This document shows, piece by piece, positions 57,023 to 64,000 of a stretch of DNA of 64,000 nucleotides; position 1 is the stretch's first letter; each line of letters begins with the position of its first letter. Location of the stretch: IMG/VR virus record IMGVR_UViG_3300034050_000451, positions 62,001 through 126,000 of that record; one strand, written 5' to 3'. The notes under the pieces were generated by a model. The model saw only the letters and a list, made by a program, of their open reading frames with translations, did not search any database and was not told the DNA's origin. The translations under genes were made by a program, and so were the position numbers.

Positions 57023-58225
57023 TTAAGAATCTCTACTAATTCCACCACCACCTCCATATCCACCACCGCTAGTTTCGGTTGGTGTTGGTGTTATTTGGCT
57101 TGGGGTTGGTATTGTTACTGGGTCAGGAGACACTACCGTTGATTTAACTGGGTTAGGTGTTGAAAATACAGGTATAGGAATTCCAACAGGTATAGCATCT
57201 TGAATACTAACATCTCGTGTTGGATTACTAACTTCAGTTTTTTGTTTGGTTACCATTACCACAGCAGGTTTAGCTCCAATCATAACATCCGATTCTCTTC
57301 TTTGTAATACAACACCAACATCATCTTTACTTTCATCAAAGCCAGCATCGATTTCAGTTTTTGTTTGTATCGTTCTCATTGGTAAATAAACTTGTACAAT
57401 TTCTATTAAGATTATTTGTGCTATTTTAAACACATCTTCTCTGGATAATTGTAGTGGTAAACTTATCGATTTTTTATTTCCATAATTTGCCGATTTAATT
57501 GATGACTCTCTACCAGCAAATTCATATTTAACTGCTTCAACAAATTTAGTATGTATTTTAGTAGCTAATGTATCCAATCCAGCTATACCAAATTCAGCAA
57601 CTAATTTATTATACCATTGTTGACTATAAGTTCTTTTAATAAAATCATCAACTATTGATGGATTTATTGATTCCAAAAAAGTTGGAACATATGGAATAAC
57701 ATCATCTTTAAAATCTCCACCATTAATTAATATATTAAATCTCTGAAGTAAATCAGTTTTTTTAGATACATCATTTATTAATGGTAATAGTTTAACTTCA
57801 GTTCTGGATGGTGATATTTGCTTAATCCACATTTTTTCATTTGGTGATTCAAACCCAACTCGTTTATTTAATAAAGTTATTTGAGTTTTAAATATACCAT
57901 TATCATAACCACTTTCTTTTAACAATCTTTCTATATCAATAAAGTATTCTTTTGGGAATTGCAATGCTTGAAATAATGTGTTATCTGCAATTAAAAAGTA
58001 ATCACTAATATTTTGTGAGTTTAATGGGACATACCTAACTAATTCACCAAATTCACCCTGTGGTAATTGTGTATCGTTAACATCATAGATGATAAATTCA
58101 ATCATATCCGAATCAGAAAAACCAAAGAATGATTGAAGAGTTCCCTGTTCAAAAATTGCTCGGTCTTTAGCACTAATTCTAAATGCTTGATTATCAATTA
58201 TTTGTTTAAATGTTTGTATTGCCAT
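57023..58225 (-). CDS. Virion (baseplate-region) protein with a Pro/Thr/Gly-rich tail
   Basis: FGFSDSDMIEFIIYD and IKQISPSRTEVKL; baseplate cluster. Confidence 0.65.
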   Translation of the reverse strand: MAIQTFKQIIDNQAFRISAKDRAIFEQGTLQSFFGFSDSDMIEFIIYDVNDTQLPQGEFGELVRYVPLNSQNISDYFLIADNTLFQALQFPKEYFIDIERLLKESGYDNGIFKTQITLLNKRVGFESPNEKMWIKQISPSRTEVKLLPLINDVSKKTDLLQRFNILINGGDFKDDVIPYVPTFLESINPSIVDDFIKRTYSQQWYNKLVAEFGIAGLDTLATKIHTKFVEAVKYEFAGRESSIKSANYGNKKSISLPLQLSREDVFKIAQIILIEIVQVYLPMRTIQTKTEIDAGFDESKDDVGVVLQRRESDVMIGAKPAVVMVTKQKTEVSNPTRDVSIQDAIPVGIPIPVFSTPNPVKSTVVSPDPVTIPTPSQITPTPTETSGGGYGGGGGISRDS

Positions 58226-58239
58226 TTTTATATTTTATA

Positions 58240-59304
58240 TTATGTAGCCCTTCTACGTCTTGCTTGCCAATAATGTGTGTTTAATGTAAGTGTACCTTTT
58301 GAATTAGCATCTTTTAAAACTACTTTACCATCAAATGTACCTTCATTATCATATTTACCACCTCTTCTAGAAACTACTATGGCTACTTTACCAGGTGTAC
58401 TACCACCATCAGTTGATTTTGGTATTGTTATTTTACCACCAACAACATTACTAAAATCAAATGCATTATTTCCTTGTTCTGATACTGTTAATACCGCATC
58501 AATATCACCCACATTATACAAATCAAATCCATTTCCAATAAGAAATCCCCTAGCATCTTTTTTTCTATCATCATACCAAATCTGGAAACCTTCATTAAAC
58601 TTATCTGCAATTTGTACTTGTATAACTTTATATCCGATTTTTTCCGATATTGCGTATTGGTTTGGTAATCCATTTATAAAATCTAATAAACTAGCTTTCT
58701 TAGCAGCATCAGTTGCTAACTCTTGTTGCTCTTTAAGTTTTCTTTCAAGTTTAAATGCTTCCTGCAATGCCTCAACCCTAGCTTCTAAGGATACCCTTTG
58801 TATTGCTTCATTTAATGAATTAACAATTGCGTTTTGTAAATCAATTGTAGTTGTTGCTATTTGTGAGTTAGCAACTGTAGATTGATTTTCAGCAATACTA
58901 GCTTTAAGCTTTTCACCATCAACTTCAACTCTCAAACTTTGTGTTACAATTTCAAGACCACTAACCTTAGAACGTAAATCTGATACTGTCCTAGTTAAAT
59001 CCTTTACCTGAAGTGTTAAATCAAATACACTTTGAGTTGCTTCATTATATATAGGTCTAGCTACACCATCAAATGGTTGAACACGTCTTTGTGGTATTAA
59101 TTCAAATATAGTTGTATCAACTGCTTTAGTTAACTCATCTATATTATAGTTAGGTTTAACCAATTTACCAGAAATAATACCATCTGCCAAATCTGATTCT
59201 TGAAACAAACGGACACCAGCTGCGTTCTTCTCATTTAATGCTTGAGAACCACTAACTATTATTCTACCAACTTGTTGTTCGTTTTTTAAACCGGAATCTT
59301 TCAT
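58240..59304 (-). CDS. Virion protein with a central coiled coil
   Basis: KAVDTTIFELIP, then a heptad region and a beta-rich C-terminus. Confidence 0.6.
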   Translation of the reverse strand: MKDSGLKNEQQVGRIIVSGSQALNEKNAAGVRLFQESDLADGIISGKLVKPNYNIDELTKAVDTTIFELIPQRRVQPFDGVARPIYNEATQSVFDLTLQVKDLTRTVSDLRSKVSGLEIVTQSLRVEVDGEKLKASIAENQSTVANSQIATTTIDLQNAIVNSLNEAIQRVSLEARVEALQEAFKLERKLKEQQELATDAAKKASLLDFINGLPNQYAISEKIGYKVIQVQIADKFNEGFQIWYDDRKKDARGFLIGNGFDLYNVGDIDAVLTVSEQGNNAFDFSNVVGGKITIPKSTDGGSTPGKVAIVVSRRGGKYDNEGTFDGKVVLKDANSKGTLTLNTHYWQARRRRAT

Positions 59305-59306
59305 AA

Positions 59307-60371
59307 TTATGCTATAACACTAAATGTATAATCTTCATCAAAAAATTGAGGTGTTCCATCAACCACAACTTTAATTTCTATTTTATATACTCTGTCAACT
59401 TCCCAATTAGATAAATTTAATTTAAAGAAGTTTCCATCCGTATCACAACTTACTTTAGTAAATTCACCAAATGGTACAATTACATCACCACTGTGGTAAT
59501 CTGATATTTGGTAATACGTTTGTTCATTTAAGAACTTTGATGTTGAGTATTGAGCGGTTGAACTAAATGTTTTAATTGGATATAATTCTCTACCAACTAC
59601 TCTTATTTTAGGAGTTGTATTTACTTTATATTCCTTTTTAAAATTTCTTAATCCAACTTTTATTTCTTCTGCTACCAATTCAGTCATTGAACCAGTTACA
59701 AAAGTTGTATCATCCCAACCAATTCTAATTTTTGGTTGATGTATTGTTTTTGTTTCTTTACTAAAGAATTTTAAAATACCATAATCAGATGTATTATATT
59801 CATTTGCAAATGGTAGTTTTAAAATAAGACCATCATTTGGAATTGAACCACTAATCCAATCTTGCATAATATCGTTGATATCCATATTGACATCAGTTGT
59901 ACGATATTCAAAATCTTGCGTAGCAAATACATTTGAATAAAATGTACCACCTAAACCAGCATAAGAACCAGTAGATACTTCAGAAAATTCTGCGGTTTGT
60001 AACCAACGTAATACTGAATCTCCCTCTCTATTGTTCCAAGTTACCCCAGCGGTTGTGATATCATCAAATCGAGTACCCTTGCCCATTTCCCAACTTTGTG
60101 AGATTGGATATGCCTCCAATGTAAATTCCAATGGTAGTTCCTCAGAATCAGTTTCTCTCAAAACTAACTCAGCAGAACTCATTGTTACATCACCACTAGC
60201 TATACTAGCTGAGAGTGGCTCTATATCGAATTTAAGGAGTGCTCTTGATATATCTTTTATGTTACCATAAAATACCTTACTCACTTCCAATACTTCATCT
60301 AAACCAGTGTTTTGGTCTGGTTGTTGTAAGTACACCGATGCATCTTTTGATGCTGTTAAAAAGTATATCAT
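59307..60371 (-). CDS. Baseplate-region structural protein
   Basis: KDASVY...NTGLDEVLE...SRALLKFD...SQSWEMGKG...FFSKET...PKIRIGWDD; coupled to gp6. Confidence 0.65.
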   Translation of the reverse strand: MIYFLTASKDASVYLQQPDQNTGLDEVLEVSKVFYGNIKDISRALLKFDIEPLSASIASGDVTMSSAELVLRETDSEELPLEFTLEAYPISQSWEMGKGTRFDDITTAGVTWNNREGDSVLRWLQTAEFSEVSTGSYAGLGGTFYSNVFATQDFEYRTTDVNMDINDIMQDWISGSIPNDGLILKLPFANEYNTSDYGILKFFSKETKTIHQPKIRIGWDDTTFVTGSMTELVAEEIKVGLRNFKKEYKVNTTPKIRVVGRELYPIKTFSSTAQYSTSKFLNEQTYYQISDYHSGDVIVPFGEFTKVSCDTDGNFFKLNLSNWEVDRVYKIEIKVVVDGTPQFFDEDYTFSVIA

Positions 60372-62404
60372 TATTTAGCTCTTCCTTTTATATCCACGTC
60401 CGGAAACTTAACTTCAAAAACCGATGGGTCCAATGATGGATAAATTACTTTATCTTTAGTTGCCGCCATTATATTATATGAATTAGCAGAATATTGTCCA
60501 CCACATTTATTTACAATTTCCATTTTTGGTACTGAACTTACCCCATCCACATTAGCTACTATTAATTCCAATTCACTTAAGTTGATAGTATTATTAAATG
60601 TCCAATTATCAATATTAAAATAATCTTTTAATTCTTGAATACAATTAGATAGTACTTCACTATTGTTGTAATTTCTAAGTGTAATAATTTCAAAATTAAT
60701 TCCAATGTTTATAATATATCCATTTGATATATTTACACCATCGGTAAGAATTTTATATTCTGTTAAATATGTTTTTAAGTTTTCCTTAACTGCTCTATTC
60801 AGTTCCGAAAGTTTACCATCTGCATCATATCCTAATAAATAAAGATTGATTGCGAATGGGTTATTTTTTTCATTATCATTTGAAGTTTTACCAACTAAGA
60901 AATCTCTAATTTCAGTTTGTACACTTCTCCTATCAGGTTCTTCATTATCCGGCTTATTAACAAAACTCATTACCAAATCAGTAAACTCATTTAGAGCCGA
61001 TGGTGATGATAATATTGCTGATGGGGAGTTGTTATCCAATGTACCATCTGCCGTAGCGTATGCCTTTGCAATACCCCCAAATTTGGATGGCATTGCCAAT
61101 ACTCTAATTTGATAATCTTTAGCAGTTACTGCTCTATTTTGTGAACCAAAGTTTGCTAATGCATTTTGTCTAATCTCTTCAATTGCTTCACCATCTCTAC
61201 CACCAGTTGCAGGTACTTCATTATCAACGGCAATTGATGCTTTTGTTGTATTATAAATTGCACGTTCCGTATCAGTAAATAATTGTGTATCTTCTTCAAA
61301 TTGAATACCAGTAATTCTAGTAAGTGTACCTTTACCAACATTTGATGAAACACCACCACCAACTAAATACTTAAGAGTTATAGTTGTATTTGATGGTGAA
61401 GTACCATAAGTTTTAGTATGTAAGAAATTGGTTGGGTCAAATGATGCTTCCAATCTATTGATTGAATTTGGTAAACCTAATCCAACATTTTTTAAATTTG
61501 GAATTAAAGTTTCATCATTTGCAGTTGGGTCACCAGCACCAAATTGAACAGTAGTTGTACTATCTGAATTTACTTTCTTTACAAAACGTTTTGGTGTTTT
61601 TATTGTTTTAAGAATGTAAGGTACTGTTGTTTTAAATTGATATAAGTCCGGGTCATTATTTTCAGTATTTGGGTAATCCACAAATACCATTTCTTGTCCT
61701 AAATATGGAACCTCATAATATTTGTTTCCGTTTAAATCTCTTACATCATAAATATCAATTACATTAGTATCAGCAATATCAATTTTTTGAAATGCTTCAT
61801 ATGAACCAAAATCAAAATCTTGCGTTTTTATTTCAGCTGAAATTGCGTTTACATATTTCTTAACTAAATAAAATGATGGTTCACCAGAAATGGCATCCCT
61901 TTCATATAAAGTTAGTTCTCTATCAGTTGAATCGGTAAAATCTATAACATTTTGAGTAATGAATTTAATACCACTTGCTGATTCAACCTGCATACCCTCT
62001 TTAATCCTAAGTAAAAACTTAGTATCAATTGTATTATTAACACCAGTACCAATAGCTGGTACTAATTGGTAAACCGATAATGTTGTAATTGCAGGTGATG
62101 TTACTTTTGGAGTGTATCCTAAATATTGTGATAATGCAATAACATTTTCAATATCTTCCGCATGAACCATTAATGATTCCTTTAACGTATCATCAATGTA
62201 ATATGAAAGTGAATCACCTATATACGATGCCATTTCAATGAACATCATACCAGGAGATGATTCATTAAAATCAGAATATGTTTTAGGGAAATAAGTTTTA
62301 CTAAACTCTATTAAATTATTTCTAAAGTCCGTAAAATCTTTATTAAGGTATTTTATATCCTTACCCTTATTCTTAAAATTCTTATTTGTTTTAGTTATTG
62401 CCAT
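60371..62404 (-). CDS. gp6: Baseplate wedge subunit (T4 gp6-like)
   Basis: YLNKDF...YSDFNESSPGMMFIEMASYIGDSLSYYID and GGRDGEAIEEIRQNA...QNRAVTAKDY. Confidence 0.9.
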   Translation of the reverse strand: MAITKTNKNFKNKGKDIKYLNKDFTDFRNNLIEFSKTYFPKTYSDFNESSPGMMFIEMASYIGDSLSYYIDDTLKESLMVHAEDIENVIALSQYLGYTPKVTSPAITTLSVYQLVPAIGTGVNNTIDTKFLLRIKEGMQVESASGIKFITQNVIDFTDSTDRELTLYERDAISGEPSFYLVKKYVNAISAEIKTQDFDFGSYEAFQKIDIADTNVIDIYDVRDLNGNKYYEVPYLGQEMVFVDYPNTENNDPDLYQFKTTVPYILKTIKTPKRFVKKVNSDSTTTVQFGAGDPTANDETLIPNLKNVGLGLPNSINRLEASFDPTNFLHTKTYGTSPSNTTITLKYLVGGGVSSNVGKGTLTRITGIQFEEDTQLFTDTERAIYNTTKASIAVDNEVPATGGRDGEAIEEIRQNALANFGSQNRAVTAKDYQIRVLAMPSKFGGIAKAYATADGTLDNNSPSAILSSPSALNEFTDLVMSFVNKPDNEEPDRRSVQTEIRDFLVGKTSNDNEKNNPFAINLYLLGYDADGKLSELNRAVKENLKTYLTEYKILTDGVNISNGYIINIGINFEIITLRNYNNSEVLSNCIQELKDYFNIDNWTFNNTINLSELELIVANVDGVSSVPKMEIVNKCGGQYSANSYNIMAATKDKVIYPSLDPSVFEVKFPDVDIKGRAK

Positions 62405-62410
62405 ATTATA

Positions 62411-62839
62411 TTATCCTTGTACATTAAATGTTACTTCATTTAAATCTACACTACCATTAACTTGAAACTTTAGTGAAATATTTATTTGATTCCTATCTTT
62501 TAATGCATCTGTTTGTTCAACTACTATATCAGCTATTGTAACATAAGGTAGCCATTGTTCAAATGCCTCATTTATAGCATCCTCAATTTTGCCCTCAATA
62601 TCATCATTATTAAAATCAAATAGTATTTCATGTAATCCACTACCAAATTCAGGTTGTAAAATTCTTTCACCTCTTTGTGTTAATAATAAATTTTTTATGT
62701 TTGACTTTATTTGGTCGGTTGTATTATATGTTTGAGTGAATCCATTTCCTCCAATTTGAAGAGGCAAAGATATACCTATCGCATAATCATTGTACGTTTG
62801 GGTATCTTTTACTATCTTTGAACCTAATTCAATTGCCAT
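62411..62839 (-). CDS. gp25: Baseplate wedge subunit (gp25/GPW-like)
   Basis: QIKSNIKNLLLTQRGERILQPEFGSGL...WLPYV. Confidence 0.92.
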   Translation of the reverse strand: MAIELGSKIVKDTQTYNDYAIGISLPLQIGGNGFTQTYNTTDQIKSNIKNLLLTQRGERILQPEFGSGLHEILFDFNNDDIEGKIEDAINEAFEQWLPYVTIADIVVEQTDALKDRNQINISLKFQVNGSVDLNEVTFNVQG

Positions 62840-62848
62840 ATCTTATAA

Positions 62849-63397
62849 TTACATTCCAGGTCTCCAACCACCTTTTGATTTATCAAATGCTTTAACTAAT
62901 GCTGAGTTATCTCTATTAAGAATTCTATCCAATCCAGCTAATCCAGTTGTTATACCCAATCCAGCTTTAGATGGACCTGAGCTCATATCACCATATCCCA
63001 TTTTTTCTGCTATATTTTGTGCACCCATTGTATGAACATCTGATGTATTAAAATTTAATGTTTTATATTCATCTCCCATTGGAGCCCCAGCGTATGGTGA
63101 TTCCGTATGTTGTGTTCCATTAAATGGCTGTGTTTGGTTTAACACTTCATTCAATAAAGGATTTTTACTTAACATTCTAGTTGGTTGTGGAGTATGTTGA
63201 ATACCCTCACTAACCTCATTATCCATAAATGTTGGTTGAGCAGGTTTTTTAGTTAGAGCTCCTCTTAATTGAGAATTCTCTCTTAATAACTTTTTCATTT
63301 CAGCCTTTACACCTTCTTTAACTAAGGTTGGTAATACGGCTTTTATTTCATCTTTAACAATAATTTGTATTGCTTTTACTAATTTATCAGTATCCAT
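62849..63397 (-). CDS. Hypothetical protein
   Basis: 182-aa co-oriented ORF with a late-type promoter. Confidence 0.65.
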   Translation of the reverse strand: MDTDKLVKAIQIIVKDEIKAVLPTLVKEGVKAEMKKLLRENSQLRGALTKKPAQPTFMDNEVSEGIQHTPQPTRMLSKNPLLNEVLNQTQPFNGTQHTESPYAGAPMGDEYKTLNFNTSDVHTMGAQNIAEKMGYGDMSSGPSKAGLGITTGLAGLDRILNRDNSALVKAFDKSKGGWRPGM

Positions 63398-63423
63398 ACT
63401 TGTTTAGTTTTTATTCCCTTCAC

Positions 63424-63431
63424 TATAAATA
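63424..63431 (-). promoter_or_regulatory. Putative phage late promoter (TATTTATA)
   Basis: Recurrent motif. Confidence 0.6.
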
Positions 63432-63477
63432 TCTTATTATAATTTTTTGGTTATTGAAGTGATAGGTACGTTATGTT

Positions 63478-63999
63478 CTATTTTTTTACACAAGGAGGTG
63501 GTATAACAAACCCATCATATTTTTTTGGTGCTTTTGAAAATACACCACATCCATTTCTATTAAATCCACCACCACCAGTGTTTCCTTCTATTGTTGTTAT
63601 TGAACCATTTGGTAAAACCGCTGATACAATTCCAATATGATGTGCATGTCCTGTCTTATCTGAATATATTACAGCTGCTCCTAATACTGGTTTAGATGAC
63701 CAATATCCTTTTGATTTTGCCCAAGATTTCCAACTTGCACAAGCTGCTGCTCCGGGTGGAGTTGGTAAACCGGCTTCTTTCCACCAAGTAGTTACAGCAC
63801 CCGCACACCAATAATAACCAGAACCAGATGATTTAACTTTCGCTTGATTATTTAATCCAGCAAATCCAATCATAGCATCAATTCTACCTGCTTTTGGTAA
63901 TTGCCTACCTCCAGTAAAACCACCATAGTTTTTACCAGGTGGAGTACCAGTTTCTAATATACCAATATCCTTTTTGGCCGCATTAACTACCTTAGCCCC
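63478..63999 (-). CDS. CHAP-domain peptidoglycan hydrolase, partial (5' end beyond the window)
   Basis: WCAGAV (Cys), HHIGIV (His), TIEGNT; the frame is open to the right edge (GAKVVNAAKKDIGILE...). Confidence 0.85.
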   Translation of the reverse strand, partial: GAKVVNAAKKDIGILETGTPPGKNYGGFTGGRQLPKAGRIDAMIGFAGLNNQAKVKSSGSGYYWCAGAVTTWWKEAGLPTPPGAAACASWKSWAKSKGYWSSKPVLGAAVIYSDKTGHAHHIGIVSAVLPNGSITTIEGNTGGGGFNRNGCGVFSKAPKKYDGFVIPPPCVKK

Positions 64000-64000
64000 A

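Noticed and set aside
382-63035. Numerous + strand ORFs in the track (e.g. 13375-13809, 15233-15652, 24477-24836, 58277-58885)
   Set aside because: They lie antisense to well-supported minus-strand genes, have Ser/Leu/Ile-rich shadow composition and show no motifs
1-64000. Alternative genetic code (stop-codon reassignment), tRNA genes, diversity-generating retroelement
   Set aside because: Core genes are full length in code 11 and TAA, TAG and TGA all serve as stops; gaps are short with no cloverleaf; I saw no reverse transcriptase or adenine-variable repeat pair

Overview
This window is a 64-kb, AT-rich, gene-dense segment of a large T4-like myovirus genome in the standard genetic code, almost entirely on the minus strand. 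Four TTTG-N20-TAnnTTTG-type promoters, a signal peptide with Gln at +1 and the lack of Shine-Dalgarno motifs point to a Bacteroidota host. In transcription order (right to left) it holds: a partial CHAP hydrolase; baseplate genes (gp25, gp6 and others); a GIY-YIG nuclease, primase-like gene and fused Mre11-Rad50; a 2789-aa tail protein with two tandem Hint domains plus a chaperone; a four-gene sugar island; a 1490-aa multi-enzyme polyprotein; a spanin-like pair; terminase, portal, internal head proteins, prohead protease, scaffold and major capsid; a DUF2589-pair cassette between duplicated terminators; fibre genes; and neck/tail-completion genes gp13/14/15. The best candidate for a new system is phage-encoded protein O-heptosylation: heptose kinase, heptose nucleotidyltransferase, an Aah/TibC-type heptosyltransferase and a GT-methyltransferase-GT fusion, alongside a pervasive [S/T]-[G/A]-S motif in virion proteins. 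Other highlights are the polyprotein with protease-type linkers, the DUF2589 cassette, the tandem Hints, and an unannotated + strand RHH gene with phased repeats. All family assignments come from reading motifs by eye; no searches were run. I saw no tRNA, rRNA or CRISPR array.
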